DNA from: a virus | Taxonomy: Duplodnaviria > Heunggongvirae > Uroviricota > Caudoviricetes | Strand: one strand, 5' to 3' | IMG/VR virus record: IMGVR_UViG_3300033489_000001 | Span: 190,023 to 254,022 of that record | Length of the DNA: 64,000 bases | In this document: positions 1 to 9,958 of the stretch, in pieces | Numbering within the stretch: position 1 is the stretch's first letter | Layout: the number at the start of each line of letters is the position of its first letter | The notes under the pieces: generated by a model | What the model was told of the DNA's origin: nothing | The model's database searches: none | The model's input: only the letters and a program-made list of their open reading frames with translations | Position numbers and translations under genes: made by a program

Positions 1-3000
1 TTCAATTACAGAAAGTAAGTCTTCCTCTTTCAAACTAAAAGGCGGCCAGATGGGGTAGTGGAATCATTTCAATTACAGAGGAAGAATTACTCTTCCTCCT
101 TAAATCGTTGCCCTTCGTGATTTTGGTGAAGGATGTGTTTCAATTACAGAGGGATATTTGCTATCCCTCCTTTCACGCAGATGATCGCGTGCAGGGTCGA
201 TGAGGTTTCAATTCCAGAGGGATATTTACTATCCCTCCTTAGAGGATGGCGAGTATTATTATATTTTCGATATACCCTGTTTCAATTACAGGGAGGGATT
301 AATCCCTCCCCTTGTACCAGAGCCAACGGACGATAAGCCAGCAGTATTTCAATTACAGAGAGGAATTAATTCCCTCCCCTTCTTGGAAAGACTACACAAA
401 TATACTGTTTCAATTACAGAGAGGAATTAATTCCCTCTCCTTTGGCCGAACACGTCCGTGCCACCATCGTTATACCTGTTTCAATTACAGAGGGAGAATT
501 ACTCTCCCTCCTTTCAAAGCCGTTCTTTCCGGTGGACACTACTGGGCGCTGTTTCAATTACATTTCAACTACAGAGGAAAAGTAACTCTTCCTCCTCCTT
601 CTTCCGCAGTCCAAGCGGTTGGGGCGTTGCCGTGTAGTTTCAATTACAGAGGAAGAATTACTCCCCTCCTTTTCCACAACTCATAATCACGGGGCCACGA
701 AGCTTTTGTTTCAATTACAGAGGAAGAATTACTCTCCCTCCTCGACTGGGCATCCCGCCCCTGGGTTCAATGGAATTCAGTTTCAATTCCAGAGGAAGGG
801 ATTAACCTTCCTCCTTTAGTTTAGATATGTCAACCTTCCTGGTTTCAATTTCAGAGGAAGAATTACTCTTCCCCCTTGGAGTGCTTCCTAATGGATACCA
901 CTGTATGTACACCGTTTCAATTACAGAGGAAGAATTACTCTCCCTCCTTTTTGGAATTTGTTCCAAGAGGCTGAGCCATACGTCCAGTTTCAATTACAGA
1001 GGAAGAATTACTCTCCCTCTTTCACCTATACCGGCTGAGATAGAGATTTCGTCGCGTATGTTTCAATTACAGAGGAAGAATTACTCTCCCTCTTTTTGCC
1101 CTTAACGTCGCGCTATGTGAAACAAAATTTCAATTCCGGAGGGAGAATTACTCTCCCTCCTTGTGTGGCGTTAGTGGTTGGTGTACAGCAACTACTATCG
1201 TTTATTTCAATTTCAGAGGGGAGGATTTCCCTCCTTACCTTATAGGACAGGTAATAAGATGACCGCCGTACGGTTTCAATTACAGAGGGAAAATTACTTT
1301 CCCTCCTTATTTCAAGTTCAGCCCAGCTAACTACTTTGTTTCAATTCCATTTCAATCTCAGAGGGAGAATTACTCTCCCTCCTTATCTGTACTTACTCAC
1401 GACCGCGTGGTCTGTAGCTCCGTTTCAATTCCAGAGGAAGAGTTGCTCTCCCTCCTTCTTTCGCAGTAGTCCAAATACGCGAGATACTTGGCTGTTTCAA
1501 TTCCGGAGGGAGAGTAATTCTCCCTCCTTCATATCATTGTTGTAGGTCCTCTAGGACAGGGGTTTCAATTGCATTTCAATTCAGGAGGGAGAATTACTCT
1601 CCCTCCTTACGCGGGACTCCATCATTTGGAGTAAGAAGTTACCCGTTTCAATTACAGAGGAAGGGATTAACCTTCCTCTTTTAGTTTCGATATATTAACT
1701 TCCCCTGGTTTCAATTCCAGAGGGATATTTACTATCCCTCCTTGGGTTAGCTACTAATCCTTGTTTCAATTACAGAGGAAGAGTTATTCTTCCTCCTTAT
1801 CCAAAAAACCACGTTTGGAGCCGGAGATTGGTTTCAATTGCAGGGAGGGATTAATTCCCTCCCCTTCTTTGAAGCGCTTGAAACCTCAACATCAACTACG
1901 TTTCAATTACAGGGAGGGATTAGTTCCCTCCCCTTTGGCAAAGGTGCAAATACCCGTGCGTAGCCGGTTTCAATTGCAAGGAGGGATTAGTTCCCTCCCC
2001 TTCCGGTACATCGCCGCAAGCCAAATCGGGAGTCTTACTGTTTCAATTACAGGGAGGGATTAATTCCCTCTCCTTTGTTGTCTAGGGGAGGGGATGTACC
2101 CGTCTGACATCGGTTTTAATTACAGAGGGATACTTGCTATCCCTCCTTTATCGTCTGCAATTGCATTAGAGCCGAGCTGTTTATTTCAATTTCAGAGGGA
2201 TAGTAAATATCCCTCTCTATGTAACGATTTACAACTTGACGGTTTGTGTTTTTCAATTTCAGAGGGATATTTACTACCCCTCCTTCAGGACTACGGCATG
2301 TTCATGATTTCGCCGCGTTTCAATTTCATTTCGATCTCAGAGGGATATTTACTATCCCTGCTTCCCCGGTTAACCTACTCCTGAAGAGGGAATCAGTACG
2401 TTTCAATTACAGAGGGAGAGTTACTCTCCCTCCTTCTCTTATTCTGTTCCGCTCAAGGATAGAAGCCAAAGTTGCGTTTCAATTACAGAGAAGGAATTAC
2501 TCTTCCTCCTTAAATGTTGCTCGGGGAAATGCCGGTTGAACCTTTCCCGGTTTCAATTACAGAGGAAGAATTACTCTCCCTCATTGAGAAGCATGACCGC
2601 TATCCACAGTTTATGGAAGAGCCGTTTCAATTTCAGAGGGAGAATTACTCTCCCTCCTCTGGTTATTTTCGGGAACGAAACCCCTAATCTCGTTTCAATT
2701 ACAGGAGAAGAATTACTCTCCTCCTTGATTCCTTTCCAAATCTCCCGGACTATCGGACTGTTTCAATTGCAGGGAGGGATTAGTTCCCTCCCCTTCTAGA
2801 TTACCATTCGTGTCCCGCGCGAGATGCAGCGGGTTTCAATTACAGGGAGGGGTTAGTTCCCTCCCCTTATCATATTGAGTCATACCCCCGTGGCCATGAC
2901 TAAGTATGTTTCAATTGCAGGGAGGGATTAATTCCCTCTCCTTGAATGCTAAAGTTGTTTGTTGGGCGATCGAACTTCTGTTTCAATTGCAGGGAGGGAT

Positions 3001-3605
3001 TAGTTCCCTCCTCTTTATTTGATCGCGAATATAACAGGGCCGAACTCGAGGGGTTTCAATTACAGAGGAAGAATTACTCTCCCTCTTTTATTGGGGTCGG
3101 CTTTATCGCGGCGAGTAAGCTTTCTGTTTCAATTACATTTCAATTAAGGAGGAAGAATTACTCTCCCTCCTTGCATTCGAGCAAGGACTCGGTGTGCGCC
3201 GTAGTCTGGTTTCAATTACAGAGGAAGAATTACTCTCCCTCCTTGTCTCAAGACCGGCTCGTAGGGAATGTGCGCTAAACGTTTCAATTACAGAGGAAGA
3301 GTAACTCTCCCTCCTTGCCCTATCGGCTATAGAGAGGGAGAAGTGGCCAATGTTTCAATTACAGAGGAAGAGTAACTCTCCCTCCTTGAGATAGCTCTTT
3401 TCTCCCGTGTCGTCGATGAGTCTGTTTCAATTACAGAGGAAGAGTAACTCTCCCTCCTTTTCCTTGGAATGTCCGCATCCCGCCTGAGAAGCAAGATGTT
3501 TCAATTACAGAGGAAGAGTAACTCTCCCTCCTTGTCTTTTCTTTTTGGGCATCCCTTAATTTTAGGTTGGTTTCAATTACAGAGGAAGAGTAACTCTCCC
3601 TCCTT
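1..3605 (-). CRISPR. CRISPR array, about 51 repeats / 50 spacers in window, continuing past the left edge; 36-nt repeat, leader-end form (minus) AAGGAGGGAGAGTTACTCTTCCTCTGTAATTGAAAC
   Basis: Repeats recur about every 70 nt from 1 to 3605 with mostly 31-40 nt unique spacers (a few 19-29 nt). On the minus strand repeats end ATTGAAAC, stem mismatches become G-U wobbles, and the last 5 repeats (3281-3605) are identical. Confidence 0.98.
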
Positions 3606-3805
3606 AGTACATTTTAATTTCGCAAGGAATTCAACGCCTTATACTATCGTTTTAGAGCACTTCTTGTGCTTCCACACCGGAAGACCCTAAAGTATAAAGA
3701 AATAGAATCCTTGATTTAGCAAATCTATTAAATTGTCAAAGAACTTGTTTTCGAGCACCCTCCAGCTTTTAAGGAGGATATGACCGCTCGAAAACCCCTA
3801 GGAAC
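3606..3805 (-). promoter_or_regulatory. Probable CRISPR leader
   Basis: Non-coding, fairly AT-rich stretch next to the homogeneous end of the array and downstream of the cas operon. Confidence 0.6.
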
Positions 3806-4006
3806 TTAGACTCTCTGCCATCGGCTGATACCCTCTTCATCTTTAGGAGGGTTCGCTGGCCGTACCGTACCTTTAATCCTCAAGATGGCTACTGCCGCCG
3901 CCGCTTGTTGCGAGCGTGCCCCGAAGTGGTCAGCGATCTCTTGAGTGGTTTTGATCCTGTTTCCTATGAATGTATATACTTTATCTGAACTCAGTTTCTC
4001 TTTCAT
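3806..4006 (-). CDS. Small winged-HTH DNA-binding protein
   Basis: TTQEIADHFGARSQQAAAAVAILRIKGTV fits a wHTH pattern; last gene before the array. Confidence 0.65.
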   Translation of the reverse strand: MKEKLSSDKVYTFIGNRIKTTQEIADHFGARSQQAAAAVAILRIKGTVRPANPPKDEEGISRWQRV

Positions 4007-4021
4007 TTTTCACCTCACTTT

Positions 4022-4792
4022 CTAACGGAAGCTTTGGACTTCCGTGTCAAACTTCTTTCCAACTCGTATCCGATTTTTGTGCAGTTCCAATCGGATAGTC
4101 GCCATCCGTAAGGGCCGCTTCTCGCTCTTATAAATGTGGTAACCCCCTGCCCAACCTATCCAACCTTGCTCAACAAGTTTTAATTCTTTCAAGTTAGGCC
4201 CTAGGATACGTTCCGGAGTAAGCTTCCAGTTCTTGAATGTCTCGCAGAGTTTTTCAGTGTGCGTCTTGAGGGCTACCTGTGCCTCTATTCTTTTGCCGTC
4301 TAAAGTGTTTCGATCCAAGGTATTGTTTAGGATTAGAACGCAAGTGGCCGCTTGCTCTAGGGTATGTTGTACAATGTCTTGGAGAAGTTCCATTTCAGTG
4401 TTCCACCACTTACCCCCTACGTTATAACTGTCATCAAACCCGTAGATAGCCAGAGGATAGTTAGTCAATCCAATTTCTCTTCTTTCTTCTTTGGATAAAC
4501 TGGCAACGAATCTTGCTTTGATATAACCATCCGCTCTAGCGGCCATCCACGGGACGTTATCTTTCCAATGCTGATATATAATATCTAGCTTTTTATCTAT
4601 CCCAATGAATTGCTTTGGGTTGTGCAGTTTATCGGCCAGAAGAGCGTACATTTCCTTTCCGCTTTCTCCGACTAACTCTAGGTAACTGTATTTGAGCTTA
4701 CCCGCCCCATCCCATAATTCTTCGCAAGTGGAGATAAATCGTAAATTGATCAGCCTCCAGTCGTCTTTTCTATAATCGGTAATGTTTGTCAT
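4022..4792 (-). CDS. Divergent class I SAM-dependent methyltransferase-fold protein
   Basis: YLELVGESG (motif I-like), QFIGID (beta2 acidic motif), AIYGFDDSY (beta4), terminal YHIY..MATIRLEL hairpin; start overlaps the helicase stop (TAATG). Confidence 0.5.
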   Translation of the reverse strand: MTNITDYRKDDWRLINLRFISTCEELWDGAGKLKYSYLELVGESGKEMYALLADKLHNPKQFIGIDKKLDIIYQHWKDNVPWMAARADGYIKARFVASLSKEERREIGLTNYPLAIYGFDDSYNVGGKWWNTEMELLQDIVQHTLEQAATCVLILNNTLDRNTLDGKRIEAQVALKTHTEKLCETFKNWKLTPERILGPNLKELKLVEQGWIGWAGGYHIYKSEKRPLRMATIRLELHKNRIRVGKKFDTEVQSFR

Positions 4793-7107
4793 TACAGGTT
4801 TTCTAACCTAGAGTGGAGTGCAGCGTTCCCTTGTTTTTGGAACAAGGTGTAAACCTCATCGATAACCTTTTTTGGTTTAGTGCCTAATTGATGTGCTTCT
4901 TTAGGGGTCAGGTTACTTAGAAAGTTTTCGTCAGGGCATACTCCTGCTAGGTTAATTGCACCCCAATGATCCACAACAATCGGATATCTCCCAAAATGTG
5001 GAGAGGTACGAATACGGGTTATTTTGTCCGGTCCTTTATCTTGAATCTCGGCACGAAGGATAGGCGGAGATTTCCTTCTGACTACCCAGTCATTATAGAG
5101 GTCATTCACAATAATCGTGTGTTTCACCCAAGGGCTTTGTAGCACGATCCATTCCGATAAATCCCCTCGGAAGCCTTTGTATAAACCTGAGCGTAAATGC
5201 TCATGGTGAGTACGGAAGGATATTTCCGGGTTCACAGGGTCCCAATCCTTTATGGTAGGATACCTCTTTTGTGTGCTAAAGAAGAGGTCAACTCGTTCCT
5301 TAAGCTCTTCTAGAGAACCTAACGGTTGGACTTTGGTTATGATACTCTTAGCTCGAATGCGGACGGATTCAAGGAGCTGGATGTCAATTTTATAAACCTC
5401 CTCCTCTATCTCTGGCACCTCATTTTTGAACTCTTCAAATAAAGCCAGGAGTTGGGCTAAAACAGTTCCGCTCAAATCTTCCTTCAAACTCTGTAAAAGT
5501 TGTAAAAGTTTTTCCTTTGCTTTTTTATGCACGCGAGCAAAGTCTAGGGCTAAAAAAGCGCTAAAAGCTATTTCATCTATTTCAATCTTATGCACCTCAG
5601 CCCATGTTTTAAGGCAATAAAGACGCCCACCGGGACCTAGGCTGGCATACCTTCCCTCGTCCAAGGGAGACTCATGATTTTCTATCCATTTTTGAGCTAA
5701 TTGCTTCAACTCGAATTGAGTTTGGTTTTCTTTGTCCGTACTGACCACATAAAGATTGGAGATTTCAGTACTAATCTCTCTTTTACGTGAAGGAGACATT
5801 CCATCATAAAAATTGCGGAATAGCTTTCCTAGAAATGAAGCACTGTTTAAGGAATCAACAAGCGCCAGCGCTCTGAAAAGGATACCCATATGTTCCTCTC
5901 GACGGGCCGCAGCATCTTCTACACCTCCAACGACGAATATTAAATGGACCTTATTCAGCCACTTTTTTGGGTAACCTTTGAATAGTGCCGTTATGCCATC
6001 TAGCCGAAACTTATTGCGAAGGATTCTTCCTAAGAACTGCTCGAAGAGGACCATCGATTTGGGAATTCCGTATAAAAAAGCCAAACACCTGGAGGGGGAG
6101 TCAACACCTTCCACAATTCGAGAAATCCCTATAAAAATTGTTTGAAACATTGAGTACCGAGCGATACCCAGTTTGATGTGTTCAGCCTCTCTTTCCAGTG
6201 CCCTAAAGAACTCAGGAACGTTTTCCTTTTCTCCATAGCACTTTATAACACCGTTACCTATGACTCTTTTAATCTCTGCAATGGTCTCTTTGTTATCGTT
6301 TTCTCCTCTAGGTTTTAAGCGCAAGATGGCGGGCAACCGCTTAAATCGGTTCCATAATTTTTTTATAGTTAGAGCCCCTTCATGAATGTCAATAGGGATC
6401 AAAATGGCATCATCGTTTGAAGTTCCGCCCCCCTTCACATGAACTATTTCGGATGTAATTTCTTGAGGGCACATTCCCGCAAGCATGAGATCAACTAGAG
6501 ATCTGGTACAGACAAAATCCTCTTTTAGAACAACGGGGAGCTTATCTGACCTATAGGGGGTGCCAGTAAGTTTTCCTATGATCACACCCGCCGCCCGAAG
6601 AGTATCTTCGGCGTGACCTAATTTGAGAATATCGGTTCCTACAGGGGAATGTTGAGCTTCATCAACAAGAAGAAGGAACTTTTTTGCGGGATTTCTTTTT
6701 AAGTGATCTATTACATATTCCTGGACTTTTGGCTCAATAAAAAGACTGTGAGTAAGAGCCAAAATTCTGCCTCGTTTACCAAACTTAGTCCGAAACTCCT
6801 TGCCATCTTTTACGGCTTCTACCAGTCCAATTTTGAACTCTCCCCCGGACCATTTGATGATACTATTGGAGTATCTTGAGAAATGATCTCTAACCGCAGT
6901 GGTCGGAGTAATGACCACTGCATAGTTGAATACTCTATCAACAATTAATTTGGCTGCAAGTGCAAGACCCATAATGGTTTTGCCCCCTCCCGTGGCGTAA
7001 TGCAGCACAAATGAACGAAGCTTTTCCCCTACTTCTTTGAGGAGGTCTACAAAGTCTTCATCCTGATAGGCTCGAAGGTGTATACTAAGTTTTTGTAAAA
7101 AAGCCAT
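4792..7107 (-). CDS. SF2 helicase of ResIII/RadD type (not Cas3; no HD domain)
   Basis: LRAYQ (Q motif) at the N-terminus, TGGGKT, VDEAQH, LTGTPYRSD, IVEGVDSP, EQFLGRILR; long C-terminal extension. Confidence 0.9.
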   Translation of the reverse strand: MAFLQKLSIHLRAYQDEDFVDLLKEVGEKLRSFVLHYATGGGKTIMGLALAAKLIVDRVFNYAVVITPTTAVRDHFSRYSNSIIKWSGGEFKIGLVEAVKDGKEFRTKFGKRGRILALTHSLFIEPKVQEYVIDHLKRNPAKKFLLLVDEAQHSPVGTDILKLGHAEDTLRAAGVIIGKLTGTPYRSDKLPVVLKEDFVCTRSLVDLMLAGMCPQEITSEIVHVKGGGTSNDDAILIPIDIHEGALTIKKLWNRFKRLPAILRLKPRGENDNKETIAEIKRVIGNGVIKCYGEKENVPEFFRALEREAEHIKLGIARYSMFQTIFIGISRIVEGVDSPSRCLAFLYGIPKSMVLFEQFLGRILRNKFRLDGITALFKGYPKKWLNKVHLIFVVGGVEDAAARREEHMGILFRALALVDSLNSASFLGKLFRNFYDGMSPSRKREISTEISNLYVVSTDKENQTQFELKQLAQKWIENHESPLDEGRYASLGPGGRLYCLKTWAEVHKIEIDEIAFSAFLALDFARVHKKAKEKLLQLLQSLKEDLSGTVLAQLLALFEEFKNEVPEIEEEVYKIDIQLLESVRIRAKSIITKVQPLGSLEELKERVDLFFSTQKRYPTIKDWDPVNPEISFRTHHEHLRSGLYKGFRGDLSEWIVLQSPWVKHTIIVNDLYNDWVVRRKSPPILRAEIQDKGPDKITRIRTSPHFGRYPIVVDHWGAINLAGVCPDENFLSNLTPKEAHQLGTKPKKVIDEVYTLFQKQGNAALHSRLENL

Positions 7108-7149
7108 CTAAGCTACTCCGTGTACATTTTACCGAAAACCTAAAACGTG

Positions 7150-7193
7150 ACAGAGAGGGGAAAGAGATTTTTTACATCCCTTCCCCCTCTCTG
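7150..7193 (-). terminator. Long hairpin between cas7 and helicase (terminator or stability element)
   Basis: ACAGAGAGGGGAA / TTCCCCTCTCTGT 13-bp stem, followed on the minus strand by a broken T-run. Confidence 0.55.
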
Positions 7194-7209
7194 TTGGATT
7201 AGCTAGCCT

Positions 7210-8145
7210 TTATGGGTCGATCTCTTCGACAGTAATACCGAGCTTGTCGAGCCCAGTTTTATCAACTTCTACCGTGTAATCCGAGAATGCACTAGGCTTA
7301 GGAACATCCGTATGGATGTTTATGCGTCGGTACAACTTCATGGCCTGAGCATTTCCGTACGGAGACTCGTGATGGAACAGGATGATCTTTTCGACGCAAG
7401 CTCCGAAACGGGTCGTGCTCTTGGTTTGGTCGTACATATGCCTGAAGAGTTCGATGAAAAGTTCGTAATCGTCGTAGCTGAAACCCGTTCTCTTTGCACG
7501 GAACGGATCGATGGAAAACTGGGTAACGCTTACCTCAAAAGGTATATAGGACATCTTACCCATTTCCCGGCTTTTTGTTTTTGCATCAGCGATGCTGGTA
7601 ACTACCGGACGTGTAATAGAGGCTTCTTCTGGATTGATAATGTCAACGCTAAGGCTGAACCCCATTTGAATCGGACCTGTAAGATGGTCGTTGATAGGCG
7701 ATGTCAGGACGCCACCAAAAAAACGCATATCAAGATATTTCTTACACAGTACTTGCACTGTTTGTTCGATCTGTTCTGGGGTGAGGGGATTCCCTTTGGC
7801 CTTTTTTCCTTTTTTGGGCTCTTCCTCGTCTACTTCGATATTTTCGATCTTGACCTTATCTAGCTTGACCCCAGCGGTGGCAAGGGCTTCGCGGAAGATC
7901 TGCTCTAGAGGCTGGCCGTTCGGACGGATATAGAGTTCGTGCCCTCTTAGACTTGCTCCATACCGGATCTTGTATTTAGGCCCTTGTGGAGTCATAATTC
8001 CCCTTCCTGTATAGGGATCTATACGGCGAAGGTTACCATCAGGGTTTAGTTGAAGGTTGCCATTTGTGCAACTTACAACCCCCACTCCATCTGTACGTCG
8101 GTCGTAAACCGAAGCTCCTGCTTTGTTACCGTTTGATTTTTTCAT
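7210..8145 (-). CDS. cas7: Cas7 (type I-C, Csd2-like)
   Basis: NGNLQLNPDGNLRRIDPYTG, YLDMRFFGGV, GPIQMGFS, EEASITR, KRTGFS, HESPYGNA match Cas7c motifs. Confidence 0.93.
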   Translation of the reverse strand: MKKSNGNKAGASVYDRRTDGVGVVSCTNGNLQLNPDGNLRRIDPYTGRGIMTPQGPKYKIRYGASLRGHELYIRPNGQPLEQIFREALATAGVKLDKVKIENIEVDEEEPKKGKKAKGNPLTPEQIEQTVQVLCKKYLDMRFFGGVLTSPINDHLTGPIQMGFSLSVDIINPEEASITRPVVTSIADAKTKSREMGKMSYIPFEVSVTQFSIDPFRAKRTGFSYDDYELFIELFRHMYDQTKSTTRFGACVEKIILFHHESPYGNAQAMKLYRRINIHTDVPKPSAFSDYTVEVDKTGLDKLGITVEEIDP

Positions 8146-8257
8146 CTGATCTGATTCACTTTCTTTCTTTCTTGTTGTTTGATTCGTTATCCCATTCGTT
8201 ATCCCATTCGTTCTTTTTAATTATCTGGGGAAAGATTTCTTCTGAAAAAGAAGAGAC

Positions 8258-9958
8258 TTACTTCCTCTTCTTTCCCTTTACTTTTTCTTCTGTCTTCTCT
8301 TCTGGTTTCTTTTCCCCTTTATGGTTTTTCTGATAGTATAAAAAAGCTAAGAAATGACCAGAAAGGGTCCACTGATTTGAACATCCTTGCGTAATAAGCG
8401 CCCTTTCTACGTCGGTCAATCTATGCATAAGGTTGGTAATATTTACCCCCGCTCTGCTGTAGTCGGAATCCAACTCTTGGAACATAGCCACCCAATGGTT
8501 CCGATTTTTCTTTTCTAATCTTTCTGCAATGTGGAAAGTACCCTGAGTCATCCTCTGGTAAGCCACTACCGGATTAGCTAAAGCCATGCTTAGGATTGTA
8601 CCGGGACTTATGGAATTGCGTTGATGCGCTTGCTGCTTCATTCGGCAGAAAATGGCGATCATACGCCCTAGTGTGTAGTTGGGATCTTTTTCTCTTACTA
8701 GCTCTTGATTCAAATAAACTTTCGGATCAGGCTCTTTTGAAGGATCGTAATTTCCATGATTTAGCACAACGGGTATTCCTTTCCTGTATTGGTAAGCATT
8801 AAACCATCGTTCTTGCATGTAGTCTGTAACTTGACGCCCCCTTAGTTGAGATACCTCTTGTGGATAAGGTTCATTTGTGAGGATTGACCATAGGGCGTAA
8901 AAAATGATAGAGTTCTGGACCTCTTTTGCAGAGCTTAGCCAGAAGTTCGAAACACTCCAAAAACTCCATTCATTAAACTCCTCCCGGAAGCTTAAAAGAG
9001 AAGAAAGAAGCTTCTGTACAGGAATGTGTTCATACCGCATAACCGCATAACGAATTTTTCTCAGTTTCAGTAATGCGGCGCATATATCCGTGGTATCTTT
9101 TTTCGAGATTTTTTCTAACTCGCTCCAAGCTTGTTCTAACTTTTCTTTCTTATCCCCTCTTAGAATTGTAATGGCCAATGGAATGATGGGATGCTCTTTT
9201 TTCTCATGGGGCCACAAAACCAGCCAAGTGTCCTTTGCCAACATGTAAGAGCTGGCGGGCTCTCGTTGTGGTTTTAGCAAACTGTGCAAAGCAGCCGAAT
9301 AGGCTTCAGCTGCCTCGTTAGAAACGGGGAAATTTTCCCCGTACGAGTAGCCACGATACCAGGTAGCCCTCTCGTTAAAAGAAACCAATTTATCCGATCC
9401 CCCTTGGATACCAAGATGTAGACGGGCTAGCCTTTTTTTCTTCCCCGTTATTAGGCAAGAGCCCAGTTTTCCCTCTTCCGCCTTCAGTTCATCTTGTTCT
9501 TGGAGCCAAGCTTGAACGGCAGCATATTCGGCCAAAGGCTTTGTACCGTTGCAAAGGACGATGGTATCCCCCGGTTCTACTGCATGTGTCTTCTTGGTAG
9601 CATCGCGGAAAAGGTAGCCATCATCGGTTACCTTCTGAATTTCCCAATTAAGCCGTAAACAGTGCTCAACTGCTTTTTTGAGGTTAGGGTTTTTAGCTAC
9701 GATTTCCTTAGTAGTAGCCCAGAAAGCCGCATCCTTATCTAAAGCGTACTTAGCTACCTCATAGCAATGGTTCGGTACGGACGACGCATTAGACCCATGG
9801 CACACGGGTTGAGGTACACATAGCGTAGCTTTCTTCTGTTGTACTAGCTTCCCGGTGTTCAGGTCAAAACACCATACGTTTAAAAAGTTGCGATCATAAA
9901 CGACGGGTTTTTTACCAATTCGATTCCCATAGGCCGTTAAGGAGGAAAGGAGGTCCAT
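8258..9958 (-). CDS. cas8c: Cas8c (Csd1) with C-terminal Cas11-like domain
   Basis: CLITG..RLARLH, KLVSFNE, ENFPVS.EAAEAY..AL..LL; C-terminal YTLGRMIAIF Cas11 motif; abuts cas5. Confidence 0.9.
   Translation of the reverse strand: MDLLSSLTAYGNRIGKKPVVYDRNFLNVWCFDLNTGKLVQQKKATLCVPQPVCHGSNASSVPNHCYEVAKYALDKDAAFWATTKEIVAKNPNLKKAVEHCLRLNWEIQKVTDDGYLFRDATKKTHAVEPGDTIVLCNGTKPLAEYAAVQAWLQEQDELKAEEGKLGSCLITGKKKRLARLHLGIQGGSDKLVSFNERATWYRGYSYGENFPVSNEAAEAYSAALHSLLKPQREPASSYMLAKDTWLVLWPHEKKEHPIIPLAITILRGDKKEKLEQAWSELEKISKKDTTDICAALLKLRKIRYAVMRYEHIPVQKLLSSLLSFREEFNEWSFWSVSNFWLSSAKEVQNSIIFYALWSILTNEPYPQEVSQLRGRQVTDYMQERWFNAYQYRKGIPVVLNHGNYDPSKEPDPKVYLNQELVREKDPNYTLGRMIAIFCRMKQQAHQRNSISPGTILSMALANPVVAYQRMTQGTFHIAERLEKKNRNHWVAMFQELDSDYSRAGVNITNLMHRLTDVERALITQGCSNQWTLSGHFLAFLYYQKNHKGEKKPEEKTEEKVKGKKRK

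Noticed and set aside
1-3605. Self-targeting spacers
   Set aside because: By eye only matches of 11 nt or less were found (e.g. CCTATCGGCTA near 60192, ATGTCAACC near 21193). A proper search against the full genome is still needed.
133-3690. Many plus- and minus-strand ORFs in the ORF track (FQLQRKNYS-type peptides)
   Set aside because: They are translations of CRISPR repeats and spacers.
4792-7107. Calling the helicase Cas3
   Set aside because: No N-terminal HD domain; motif III and VI contexts are ResIII/RadD-like.
8154-8257. In-frame continuation of cas8c past its TAA (VSS...EWDNEWDNESNNKKERK) with a 12-nt tandem repeat
   Set aside because: A 33-codon open stretch can arise by chance and TAA readthrough is unlikely; at most a former C-terminal tail.
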